Source of the DNA: an uncultured Clostridia bacterium
GTDB taxonomy: Bacteria; Bacillota; Clostridia; Christensenellales; Borkfalkiaceae
Assembly: GCA_947626305.1 (NCBI GenBank)
Contig: CANQRP010000001.1
Location: forward strand, 1-54,682
Length of the DNA: 54,682 bases
Reading direction: 5' to 3'
The position numbers and the translations under genes are program-made. Below, one piece after another: positions 1 to 9,130 of the stretch. The notes beneath the pieces were generated by a model. The model did not search any database. It saw only the letters and a list, made by a program, of their open reading frames with translations, and was not told where the DNA came from. Positions within the stretch are counted from its first letter, which is position 1. Each line of letters opens with the position of its first letter.

Positions 1-9
1 AGAACTACG

Positions 10-1239
10 CTATTTCTGGGACCTTTGTATTCGTTCAAGACGTTTCCAGACTTCCAAAGTCGCAATGTTGGATGTTCTTTGATTTTGTGTTCTCTGCATG
101 TATTTGGTGATACGAACGGTGATCTTCGTGCCGTCCTTTTCCAACGTGAACAGGTTGGTGTCAGCAGCGGTAGGTTTCGTGTCGGGCTTGCTCGCCACTT
201 TCCAGCCGGAGAGGCTGACAAACGTAGATTCGTGCCACAACAGGGAAGGAACGCCCGCAAGGAGGTCGGTGTCCATTGCATAGACCTTTTCTCTCGGGTT
301 GATCTTTGCAGTGTCGTCGACAACTGCCTTGCCGCCGCTGTTGTTTTCCCAAAGTCCGTTATAGTTCTTGGTGACGTCGCCGCTGACGGTGACATGCGCG
401 CCCTCAACGAACTTCGCAACGTCCGCCGTATCGATCTTCACTCTGTAGCAATAGTAGCCGCTGCAGAAGTCGTCGTCGATCATGTAGAAGGTCGCGTTAC
501 CGTAGCTCTCGGAAGCCTCTACCACATGAACGATGTAGCCGCTGAGTTCGAGAGGATAATCCGTTACCGAATAATAACGGTTGACGGTCTGGAGGTGTTC
601 GAGCAGAGGAACGACCGAGAACTGATATTTCTGCGTTGCGGTGTCGGTTTTGTAGGTGAAGGTCGCCTCGATCTCGACATCCACGATGTCTTCGCCGGGG
701 GTGACGAGGACCTTGTTGCCATTGAGCTTGATCCATGTGCTGTACTTGTCGTCGATCGCCCACGAGATCGTTGCCTTCTTGCCCTGGAAGGTCATCTCGG
801 TGTCGAGGTCAAAGTCCTCTTTCACACTCGTCTTTCTCTGAGGGAAATTATAATTGTCGAGGAAGGTGTAAACGCTGAACCCGTCGACGCGGACCGTGAA
901 ATTCTTGGAAGCACTGCCCGCGGAAACGGTGAGGGTGACGTCCGTCACCTCGTCCTGAATGGTGACTTTGGCGTTGTAACTTTCACCCTTGTCTTCGATC
1001 GTGATCGCCGCGGGGTTGTTCGACGTCCACTTTACCTCGACCGGGGATTCCGCACTGCCGAGGGTCTTGGGCAGGGTGAAATCTGCGTCTACGAGGGTTT
1101 GGTCTTGCGGAAGAAGGTACCGCTCGATCACCTCTTTCGCTGACATGCCGTTGCCACCGCAAGCGACTGCGCCGCAAATCAGGCAGAGCATGGATACCAT
1201 TGCCAAAATGGTGATCGCCGCTTTCTTCATAAATCTCAT
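10..1239 (-). CDS. secreted lipoprotein with bacterial Ig-like region and C-terminal OB-fold-like region (function unknown, possibly nucleic-acid binding)
   Basis: 409-aa ORF. AAGGAG lies 7 nt upstream of the ATG at 1239. Lipobox-type signal MRFMKKAAITILAMVSMLCLICGAVAC. Last gene of the nuclease/ABC operon. Confidence 0.7.
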   Translation of the reverse strand: MRFMKKAAITILAMVSMLCLICGAVACGGNGMSAKEVIERYLLPQDQTLVDADFTLPKTLGSAESPVEVKWTSNNPAAITIEDKGESYNAKVTIQDEVTDVTLTVSAGSASKNFTVRVDGFSVYTFLDNYNFPQRKTSVKEDFDLDTEMTFQGKKATISWAIDDKYSTWIKLNGNKVLVTPGEDIVDVEIEATFTYKTDTATQKYQFSVVPLLEHLQTVNRYYSVTDYPLELSGYIVHVVEASESYGNATFYMIDDDFCSGYYCYRVKIDTADVAKFVEGAHVTVSGDVTKNYNGLWENNSGGKAVVDDTAKINPREKVYAMDTDLLAGVPSLLWHESTFVSLSGWKVASKPDTKPTAADTNLFTLEKDGTKITVRITKYMQRTQNQRTSNIATLEVWKRLERIQRSQK

Positions 1240-1254
1240 ATCGTGTCTCCTTTA

Positions 1255-2508
1255 TTATTTGATGCTGATTTTGGAATAGTTCGGAATGGTAACTTTTCCC
1301 GAATTTGCCTCGAACTGATAGCAACCGGAGATGGTAAGTTCCGACCCTTCTTTGATGGCGCCGTCGTAGCCCTCGGGGACCGTCACCGTAAAGGTGAACG
1401 TTGCGGGCGTGGCTTCTTCGCCGGGGCTGGGAGCCGTGCCTTCAAACGTCAACGTTGTGCCCTCGCGTTTTACGGAAGTCACCGTAAGGTTGCCGTAGCA
1501 GTTATTCGTAACATAGTTGACAAAGAAATTGTTTGCGGCGTCAAAAATCAGGTAGTAGCCGCGCTGCGACCGCCAGGATTTCTCGTCTTTTCCCTTCTGG
1601 TCGTTATCGATCGCCACGCCCGAGATCTGCCACGCGCCGCTGTGCTTTTGCAGTGTGCCGACGACATGATAGAGATCGCCGACCTGCATGTTGCCCGTGG
1701 CACTCGTATGCCCCGCGTACAGAGCGAGAGTATACGCCTTCCCCGACGCTTCGTCGTATTGCCCAATGGTAAGCGTTACAGCACCCGAGGAAGCAACGTA
1801 CCTGTCGCTGACGTAGGCGTCGAGCTTGACTTTGGTGTTCTCGCTGTATTTGTCGGGATTCTCCGTCAGGTCTTTGAGCGAAATGGCTCTCACCGTCGTG
1901 TCGAACAGCGGGTCATCAAGTTCGGAGAACAGCCGGAGCTTTATGCCGCGGGCGAATTGCTCCGCCTTCTGGAAATAGCTGTAATAGGCGTAATTCGCGT
2001 TCTCCTTGTTGTTGGAGTAGCCGTTCTCCACGAGCTCGAGGTTGAGCAGCTTGAAGTCGTCCTTCTCCGTCTTGTACCAAACGTAGCACATAAGGCGTGT
2101 GCCGCTGATGGAGTCTTTTTCGGGAACGCCGCCGCTCGCCGATTCGATGACGATCTCGGTTGCCGCATGCAGCCGTTCGTTGGTGAAATTGCTTGCGGCC
2201 TTCCCCCACTTCTGCACGTCGGCGGTGCTTTCGGGCGTGTCTACCCCCTGATAGCGCACCGCGATGGAGCCGCCCTCCGCCAAAGAGAAGTTGGAGGTGT
2301 CGCCGTCGGTGGTGTCACCGATCAAGGTCGCCGCGCCGATGCCGTCACTGCTCATGAGGCTTTTGCCCTCATAGCTCTTGGAAAGTTTGAGGGTCTTTGT
2401 GATCTTATCGAAGTGCTCGGTATTGTCGGCGATCTTCGTGCCGCACGCCGTGAAGGCACAACATGCCGCGAGCACCGCAGTCGCAAAAACAATGAATAAT
2501 TTTTTCAT
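1255..2508 (-). CDS. thermonuclease (staphylococcal nuclease-like) family lipoprotein
   Basis: SNase-like block AVRYQGVDTPES...WGKAASNFTNERL...LMCYVWY...LNLELVENGYS. Start chosen at the internal M giving lipoprotein signal MKKLFIVFATAVLAACCAFTAC; the ORF is open to 2538. Confidence 0.8.
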   Translation of the reverse strand: MKKLFIVFATAVLAACCAFTACGTKIADNTEHFDKITKTLKLSKSYEGKSLMSSDGIGAATLIGDTTDGDTSNFSLAEGGSIAVRYQGVDTPESTADVQKWGKAASNFTNERLHAATEIVIESASGGVPEKDSISGTRLMCYVWYKTEKDDFKLLNLELVENGYSNNKENANYAYYSYFQKAEQFARGIKLRLFSELDDPLFDTTVRAISLKDLTENPDKYSENTKVKLDAYVSDRYVASSGAVTLTIGQYDEASGKAYTLALYAGHTSATGNMQVGDLYHVVGTLQKHSGAWQISGVAIDNDQKGKDEKSWRSQRGYYLIFDAANNFFVNYVTNNCYGNLTVTSVKREGTTLTFEGTAPSPGEEATPATFTFTVTVPEGYDGAIKEGSELTISGCYQFEANSGKVTIPNYSKISIK

Positions 2509-2522
2509 CTCGGTTTTCAATC

Positions 2523-3950
2523 TTATTTCCCACCGCATGCTTTATAAGCATCTCTGAGCGCCCTGTCGGCGTCTTTCTGCCCAAGCAGAACGTACTGCAC
2601 AACGCTCGTCATCTGCTCACGTGCCGTGGAGGAACCGACGAATGCGGGGGAGGTGAACAAACGCTTGTTGAAATCTTCGCCGCTGCCCGCCTTTACGCAT
2701 TTGGAAATGATCAGATCGGTACCCGTAAGGTTCTTTCCATCCTCATCCTTGCCCTCGACAAACAACTTGAAGTCCTCGTTGTCGTACACGTCCGTACGCA
2801 TGGGAGCATAGCCGCTTGCACGCGAGAACTTCGCCTGGAAGCTGACACTGAGGAGCTCTTTGATGAACTGGAAGGTCATGATCTCTTTCTCGGAGGCATT
2901 GGAGACGCCGTGCCCGCCCGTGAACATCACAAGGGAAGGACCCTGGCTGATGCACTGCATGTGATCTTCGTCGACCCCGGGGATGGGAGCAACTTCCGTC
3001 GTGAACAGATCGCCGCCGGATTGGTTTTTCGCGCCGCCCGTAGAACCGATACAGAACACCAAACCGCCCTCTGCGGGACCTTTGGTAAACAGGGAACTCG
3101 TATAGCTGCCGTAGATCTGCTGGGTGGTGATGTAACCTTTACCATAATACCCCGCGATCTCCGTGAGCCACTCTTTCGCACGGTCGTTATTAAAGAGGAA
3201 ATGGTTGTTGGGGTCTACACTCGTGTAACCGAACTCAAGCTGTTCGGACATGGTGATGAACCAGTTCGCCTCACTGTCATAACCGAGAGGGGTGCAGATG
3301 GGCCACTCGGCTTTTGCCTTTTTACACATCTCCCAAAGTTCGGTCCAAGTGGTGGGCGGAGCGTCATAATCGATCTGTTTGAGCGCTGTGGGGTTGTAGT
3401 ACAGCGCTTCGGTCGACTTGACGAAGGGAAGGGTGATGAGCGCTTCGGCAGTCATTCCGGCTGCTTCATACCCCGTGAAGTTTTTCGCGTAGCCTTCCTC
3501 GAAGTATCCGTCGATGAAGCTTTCGACATCTGCGTCGGTAAAGCCGATGCGATCGATCGTCTTGGTAACATCGCCGACGGTATAAGTATGAGACTCGGCG
3601 CTCTTGAGGTACTTGCTCATGTCCACTACTGTACCGGACGCGATATACTGTGCAACATGGTCGGCATAACAGTAGGCGACATCGGGTTGGATCCCCGCCG
3701 TGAGGTCGGAGCGCACCTTTCTCAACACTTCGTCGTATCCGCCGGGCTGCGAATGTTCGACCTCCCAGCCGGGATACTTTTCCTTAAAGTTTTCGATCGC
3801 CGTATCCGTCACCAACGCAAGGTCCTGCCCCTGGGACGAATAGAACACGATCGTATGGTCGTAATCGCTTTTCTGTTCGCATGCACCGAACATAAGGCAC
3901 CCCGTCAGAGCAAAGCAACTCACCAATGCAACTGTTAAAAACTTCTTCAT
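2523..3950 (-). CDS. ABC transporter substrate-binding lipoprotein (family 1, CUT1 sugar-type)
   Basis: 475-aa ORF with AAGGAG RBS and signal MKKFLTVALVSCFALTGC. Sits next to two MalF/MalG-type permeases and a MalK-type ATPase. Confidence 0.9.
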   Translation of the reverse strand: MKKFLTVALVSCFALTGCLMFGACEQKSDYDHTIVFYSSQGQDLALVTDTAIENFKEKYPGWEVEHSQPGGYDEVLRKVRSDLTAGIQPDVAYCYADHVAQYIASGTVVDMSKYLKSAESHTYTVGDVTKTIDRIGFTDADVESFIDGYFEEGYAKNFTGYEAAGMTAEALITLPFVKSTEALYYNPTALKQIDYDAPPTTWTELWEMCKKAKAEWPICTPLGYDSEANWFITMSEQLEFGYTSVDPNNHFLFNNDRAKEWLTEIAGYYGKGYITTQQIYGSYTSSLFTKGPAEGGLVFCIGSTGGAKNQSGGDLFTTEVAPIPGVDEDHMQCISQGPSLVMFTGGHGVSNASEKEIMTFQFIKELLSVSFQAKFSRASGYAPMRTDVYDNEDFKLFVEGKDEDGKNLTGTDLIISKCVKAGSGEDFNKRLFTSPAFVGSSTAREQMTSVVQYVLLGQKDADRALRDAYKACGGK

Positions 3951-4025
3951 CTCGTTCTCCTTTTTTTGATTTTATCTCTAAGCGTGCCTGTCGGAACGCG
4001 CAAGAAATCGTACTTTCGGCGGGAA

Positions 4026-5042
4026 TTATCCCTTCGTGCCGCTCTTGGATACGCCGCGCATGATATACTTACGGCAGAAAATGAACAGAACAAGCAACGG
4101 CAGGCTCACCATGCAGACCGCCGCCATTTTCAAGGTGTCGAGCGGCTGAGAAGAACCGTATTGAGAGCCGTAGAGCGTCCAATTGTCGCCCCAAGGGCTC
4201 GTCGGCTGGATCCGGTCGACAAATCCGCCCGTCACCCAGTTGGTGATCATCTGCCAGGACTGCGTATTGACGAGACGGGGCCAGATGTAGCTGTTCCACG
4301 TGCCGATAAAACGGAGCAGAGTGATGGAAATGAGCGTGGGGGCCGTGAGGGGGATCATCACCTTGATGAGATAGCCCATATCGCTCAATCCGTCTACCTT
4401 TGCCGCCTGATACAGTGAATTGGGGATCTGCATAAAGTTGTTACGCAAGAGGTAGATATAGTACACGCTCACGAGGAAGGGCAGGATGAGCACCGTATAA
4501 GAGTTGTTCATTTGCGCCTTGGCGACCGTGATGTAATTGGAGATCGTGAACAATTCGCCGGGGATCATCATGGTCGCAAGCATGAGGGCGAAAAGGATGT
4601 TCTTCCCTTTGAATTCCATCCGCGCTAAGGCATAAGCGGTGATGACGATGACGACAAGACCCAACAGCGTGGAAAGGATCCCGACGACCAACGTATTGAT
4701 CAGGATCTGCCCGAAAGAGGCACTCGAACTCGTCGCGCTGGTAGCCTGATGGAATACCATCCAATAGTTCTTCCACTGGAAGGTGTGCGGGAAGAACGTG
4801 GGCACCGATTCGCGGAACTCCATCTCCGTCTTGACGGACGACATGATCATCCAATAGAAAGGCAGAAAGGCGAGCACGGCGCACACCGTAAGGAAGATAT
4901 AGACCAAAATGTCCTTTATGACATGTCTTATCTTTTCCCGTTTTTGCGCTTTTTCCGCGTCGAAGCCCTCGTCGCCCGCGGAGAGATCCCACTTCCCTAC
5001 GACCGCTTCGGACGCGTTTTTCTTTTTGAAAAGTTTCGGCAT
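4026..5042 (-). CDS. ABC transporter permease (MalG/UgpE-like)
   Basis: 338-aa polytopic membrane ORF with GGAGG RBS and an EAA-loop-like AAKVDGLSDMGYLIKVMIPLTAP. Confidence 0.9.
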   Translation of the reverse strand: MPKLFKKKNASEAVVGKWDLSAGDEGFDAEKAQKREKIRHVIKDILVYIFLTVCAVLAFLPFYWMIMSSVKTEMEFRESVPTFFPHTFQWKNYWMVFHQATSATSSSASFGQILINTLVVGILSTLLGLVVIVITAYALARMEFKGKNILFALMLATMMIPGELFTISNYITVAKAQMNNSYTVLILPFLVSVYYIYLLRNNFMQIPNSLYQAAKVDGLSDMGYLIKVMIPLTAPTLISITLLRFIGTWNSYIWPRLVNTQSWQMITNWVTGGFVDRIQPTSPWGDNWTLYGSQYGSSQPLDTLKMAAVCMVSLPLLVLFIFCRKYIMRGVSKSGTKG

Positions 5043-5054
5043 CTTCTCTCCTCC

Positions 5055-6245
5055 TTACCTGTATGTCGTGCGCTTTTTCGTGACTTTGTTGTTGATCCAC
5101 GTGATGATCATAATGATCACAAAAAGCATCAGGGATCCGGCAAAGGCATAGCCCGTCTGTCCGAGTTCGATGTAGTTGTAAAGATATCCGACCATCGTGC
5201 CCATATCGTAATCCTGCCCCATCGTAACGCCGAAGAGACCGACGATCGCCGAATATTGCTTCATGCCGCCCATGATGCCCGTTACGAGAAGATAGCTGAT
5301 CTGCGGCATGATCATCGGCGCGGTGATCTTCCACAAAACCGTCCAACGGCTGGCGCCGTCCACCTTTGCCGCATCGTAATACTGCTTATTGATGGACTGC
5401 ATCGCGCTGAAAAGGATGAGGATCTTAAACGGGAGCCCGGACCATATCTCGTAAATGATGGCGACGATATATTTCGCCCATGGAATCCGCATGCTCCCGA
5501 TCTCCCAGTGCGGCGAATTGAGCCCCACCCAATCGATGGGGTCGATCCCGAACCAGCCGAGAACAATATTGACAATGCCGACCGTTTCGGTGTTGCTCGC
5601 CGTACCGATGATCTTGAAAAATGTTGCAAACACGGCGCCCATTGCGAGCGCGTTGGTAAGATAAGGCAAAAAGAGGATCGTTTGATAGGCCTTTTGCACT
5701 TTTTTGATGGAATTCAGCGCCACACTGATAAGAAGCGCAAGCAAAGTGGAAAGCGGAACGGAGACAAACGTGAGGACCAATGTATTTACAAGACATTGGA
5801 CGAAATCCGCACCGCCCGTGCCCGTATCGCCTTTCAGGACGCGGACAAAGTTTCCGAACCCCCAGCCGTTGAAGGAGCCGTGACCTTGATTTGCCGCCGC
5901 AATATAATCCTGTTGGAAAGAACCGATGAATGCCGCAATGATGGGGTAAAAGGTAAATACCGCCATCAAAATGAGCGCCGGCGCGACAAAAAGCCAGCCG
6001 CTTTGCGACTTTAACCCGCGGCGGAATCTTTCGCCTCTGCTGAGTTGCGGTCCTTCCGGTTCGAACTCTTCCTTGGGGCGTTTGCGGAACAACTCCACAA
6101 AGAAATCCTTGACCGCCGTATACTTATCCACAAACCAACCCTTGATACGGGCGCCCAAATTGATAAAATACCGAACAAACCTGTTGTGTTCTTTCGGAGG
6201 CGTTTCCGATATCGGATCGGTGTTGGCTTTCTTTTCTTCCATCAT
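5055..6245 (-). CDS. ABC transporter permease (MalF/UgpA-like)
   Basis: 396-aa polytopic membrane ORF with EAA-loop-like DAAKVDGASRWTVLWKITAPM. Its start overlaps the ATPase stop (ATGA at 6242-6245). Confidence 0.9.
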   Translation of the reverse strand: MMEEKKANTDPISETPPKEHNRFVRYFINLGARIKGWFVDKYTAVKDFFVELFRKRPKEEFEPEGPQLSRGERFRRGLKSQSGWLFVAPALILMAVFTFYPIIAAFIGSFQQDYIAAANQGHGSFNGWGFGNFVRVLKGDTGTGGADFVQCLVNTLVLTFVSVPLSTLLALLISVALNSIKKVQKAYQTILFLPYLTNALAMGAVFATFFKIIGTASNTETVGIVNIVLGWFGIDPIDWVGLNSPHWEIGSMRIPWAKYIVAIIYEIWSGLPFKILILFSAMQSINKQYYDAAKVDGASRWTVLWKITAPMIMPQISYLLVTGIMGGMKQYSAIVGLFGVTMGQDYDMGTMVGYLYNYIELGQTGYAFAGSLMLFVIIMIITWINNKVTKKRTTYR

Positions 6246-7315
6246 CTCAACCTCTCTTCCGTTTCCGCATCGAACAGATACAGTTTATAGGGCTTGATAT
6301 TGAATTTGAGGGTCGTGGCGTCTGCGGGTAAAGCGACGTCACTGTCGATAATACAACGCACGATCGGCTTTGTGGAACTCTCGTGCACAGCGACAACCGA
6401 TTTGTCTCTTCCCATGACTTCGATATGGTCGACATTGAGCGTGAAGGCACCGTTTTCGTCATAGACGAATCCCTCGGGACGAATGCCGACAAAGACCTCA
6501 CGGTCGTCATAAGAAGAACTTGCGACCGCTTCGCCGCCGATATATACCTTGCCGCCTTCGATCTTTCCCTTGAAGATATTGATCGGAGGTGTGCCGAGGA
6601 AGTTTGCGACAAACAGGTTGTTGGGATCATCGTAGATCTCCTGCGGAGCGCCGATCTGCTGCACAATGCCGAGTTTCATTACCACCATCGTGTCGCAGAT
6701 GCTCATCGCCTCCTCCTGGTCGTGCGTGACGAACACCGTGGTGATGCCCGTCGTGCGCTGGATCCGTTTGATCTCTTCGCGCGTCTGCAATCTGAGGCGT
6801 GCGTCCAGATTGGAGAGAGGCTCGTCCAGAAGCAATACATTCGGCATTTTTACAAGTGCGCGGGCGATGGCGACGCGCTGTTGCTGTCCGCCCGAAAGTT
6901 CGGAGGGCTTGCGCGCCATCAGATCTTCGATCTGCACCAGTCTTGCCGCATCCAACGCCCTTGCCCTGCCCTCTTCCTTGTTGATGCGCATGTTGTCCAA
7001 GGGGAAGCGGATGTTCTGTTCCACCGTCATGTGGGGATAGAGCGCATAATTCTGGAATACAAGACCAATGCCGCGTTTTTCGGCGGCGAGCGTGGTGACA
7101 TCCTGGTCGTCAAAGAAAATCTTGCCCGAGGATGGACTTTCCAGCCCGCTGAGCATGAACAGCGTGGTGGATTTGCCGCAACCGGACGGACCGAGCAATC
7201 CCACGAGCTTGCCGGACGGAATCTCGATGTTCATGTCCTCCACGGCATGCACCGCTTTGCCTCCCTTTGTACGACTGGGGAAAATCTTTGTTAAGTGCTG
7301 GATAGATATCTTCAT
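6242..7315 (-). CDS. ABC transporter ATP-binding protein (MalK/MsmX/UgpC-like)
   Basis: Walker A GPSGCGKST, signature LSGGQQQRVAIARAL, Walker B LLLDEPLS, C-terminal regulatory domain. Confidence 0.95.
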   Translation of the reverse strand: MKISIQHLTKIFPSRTKGGKAVHAVEDMNIEIPSGKLVGLLGPSGCGKSTTLFMLSGLESPSSGKIFFDDQDVTTLAAEKRGIGLVFQNYALYPHMTVEQNIRFPLDNMRINKEEGRARALDAARLVQIEDLMARKPSELSGGQQQRVAIARALVKMPNVLLLDEPLSNLDARLRLQTREEIKRIQRTTGITTVFVTHDQEEAMSICDTMVVMKLGIVQQIGAPQEIYDDPNNLFVANFLGTPPINIFKGKIEGGKVYIGGEAVASSSYDDREVFVGIRPEGFVYDENGAFTLNVDHIEVMGRDKSVVAVHESSTKPIVRCIIDSDVALPADATTLKFNIKPYKLYLFDAETEERLR

Positions 7316-8616
7316 AAGTGAACCTCACGCCTTACTATCTTGATCGTTATTTCCGTCTGATACCCGTCCACTTCCAAGTTGTCGGGCAGATCCACGGGAG
7401 CATACTCCCGATCGATATCGATAAACGGATTGACGTAGACGCCTGCCTTCATGCGGAGCGTCGCCGTATAGCCGTCTGCCTTCAGCAAAGAAAACGCAAA
7501 TTCCTCGCCGTCGGCGGAATACCTGACTTCCACGCTGCCGTTGAACTCGGGCACCTCCGTCACATCCAATCGGAGCGTCACCATGCTGTAAAAATCGTGT
7601 CCGAAGGCATCTTTCTTTTCGGGCGGTGCCTTGCCTTTGTGTGGGATCTTGCACACTTTGAACAAAAACCACGAGAAGAATTTGATGATAAAGTGCGTTC
7701 CCAACAGGAAATCGGCGATGATATAGATGAAGACAAAATATATGATGATGAACGGGATCGCCTTGCGGTTCGCCTGCTTGCCGACCGCCTCGGTCGCCGC
7801 CTTGTATTCCGCCGATTCGGGGGTCAGTTCGCATCCTTGCGCGTTTTCAAGCGCCGTGACAACGGACGCGACATAATCATTGCGCGCACCGTTGATCCTC
7901 GCCGTCTCCTCAGCGGAGATCCCCCCTTTCGCGCCCTCTGCCACCAAGTCGTTGTAACTTTCCATGTCGCCGAAGCAATCGAAAAAAACGCTTTCGAACC
8001 GGAGTTCCCGCTCCGCTTCGGCAACCAACACCGTGGCACCCGTTCGATCGGTAAAACTCAACCGTTTGATGGAAGCGACATCGTCTTCCCCGAGCTCCAA
8101 AACGATAAAACCATTTTGGTCGAACGTGGAGATCCCGTCATATCTGCCATCGCCGTCGGCGTCGTAGTCGAGAATGGGCAAAACGATCTCGTTGCCCTCG
8201 GCTGTCGTCACTTTCAGCGCGGTACCGTTGCGTTCCGCGGAAAACACCTCATAGCGGTCGGCAACGCCGTAAACATACCCCGTATAGCACTTATACAGCG
8301 TACCGCGCAACGGCTTGTCCGCACTCTCTCCGTCTGTTTGCGCGGAGTTCCCGTCGACCTCCATCACCGTCTCGTACAGGATGATGCCGCCGCCGTTTTC
8401 GAACGTGCGATCCAATACCGGTTCCCTGTAAAACCCGACGGGCTCCGTCAGAACGAGGCACGTTACGAAGTCGTTTGCCGCCAAGGCATTCCCAATGAGT
8501 TCCGCCGGCACCGTGAATGTTGCAAAGTATCCGGGGAGGGTGAGGGAAAATATCACGCCCATCCCGAATGTAAAAAGAAAGTAGACGACGGTAGCGAAGA
8601 TCTTACTTTTCTTCAT
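7312..8616 (-). CDS. hypothetical membrane protein
   Basis: 434-aa ORF with an N-terminal TM (IFATVVYFLFTFGMGVIFSL) and a central TM block. No recognisable family. ATGA overlap with the ATPase gene. Confidence 0.7.
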   Translation of the reverse strand: MKKSKIFATVVYFLFTFGMGVIFSLTLPGYFATFTVPAELIGNALAANDFVTCLVLTEPVGFYREPVLDRTFENGGGIILYETVMEVDGNSAQTDGESADKPLRGTLYKCYTGYVYGVADRYEVFSAERNGTALKVTTAEGNEIVLPILDYDADGDGRYDGISTFDQNGFIVLELGEDDVASIKRLSFTDRTGATVLVAEAERELRFESVFFDCFGDMESYNDLVAEGAKGGISAEETARINGARNDYVASVVTALENAQGCELTPESAEYKAATEAVGKQANRKAIPFIIIYFVFIYIIADFLLGTHFIIKFFSWFLFKVCKIPHKGKAPPEKKDAFGHDFYSMVTLRLDVTEVPEFNGSVEVRYSADGEEFAFSLLKADGYTATLRMKAGVYVNPFIDIDREYAPVDLPDNLEVDGYQTEITIKIVRREVHL

Positions 8617-8902
8617 TTTCTGCCGGATCTACTGCGATATCGTCCGAAGACATTCTCGCCGACGGTGCCTGTTCCGCAGAAGATACGTCACTCTGCGTGG
8701 GAAGTCCGTCGGTGCGTCGGACATTGGACTTGAACGCTGCTTCTCTCTTTTTGAGATTGTCGCGCAATTCCTTATATTGTTTTTTGTTGAATACGGGAAT
8801 TAAAAAATAAACTCCGATGCAAAGTGCAACGATCGCCGCCAACACAATGAAAAACACGATATCGGTCGTGTTGAGCGGATTCAGCGCCAATAAACCGAGC
8901 AT
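8603..8902 (-). CDS. small single-pass membrane protein
   Basis: 99-aa ORF with GGAGGAAG RBS. First ORF downstream of the consensus promoter at 8989-9017. One TM (IVFFIVLAAIVALCIGVYFLI). Confidence 0.6.
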   Translation of the reverse strand: MLGLLALNPLNTTDIVFFIVLAAIVALCIGVYFLIPVFNKKQYKELRDNLKKREAAFKSNVRRTDGLPTQSDVSSAEQAPSARMSSDDIAVDPAENEEK

Positions 8903-8988
8903 ATTCTTCTCTTCCTCCGAAAATCTTTGGTATCGGTCTTCCCCCCGGGAGGGGGCTCGCGTCGCTTTTTGAAAATCCTTCTGTATGA

Positions 8989-9017
8989 ATTATATCATTT
9001 TCTCGCAAACATGTCAA
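8989..9017 (-). promoter_or_regulatory. sigma-A-type promoter TTGACA-17-TATAAT with TGn extension
   Basis: Coding-strand read TTGACAtgtttgcgagaaaatgaTATAAT, ~85 nt upstream of the ATG at 8902. Confidence 0.6.
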
Positions 9018-9067
9018 ATGCAATACATTACTTTTTCCGCAAAAACCAACATTTTGTGCAGGTTGCC

Positions 9068-9114
9068 GCGGAGACCCCGCTCCGCATGGAAGCGCGCGGA
9101 GCGGGGTCTCCGCT
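9068..9114 (-). other. 18-bp perfect inverted repeat (hairpin) 17 nt after the endonuclease I stop
   Basis: gcggagaccccgctccgc - 11 nt - gcggagcggggtctccgc. No adjacent U-tract on the minus strand. Confidence 0.5.
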
Positions 9115-9130
9115 CCGTCCGCGCGTTTTT

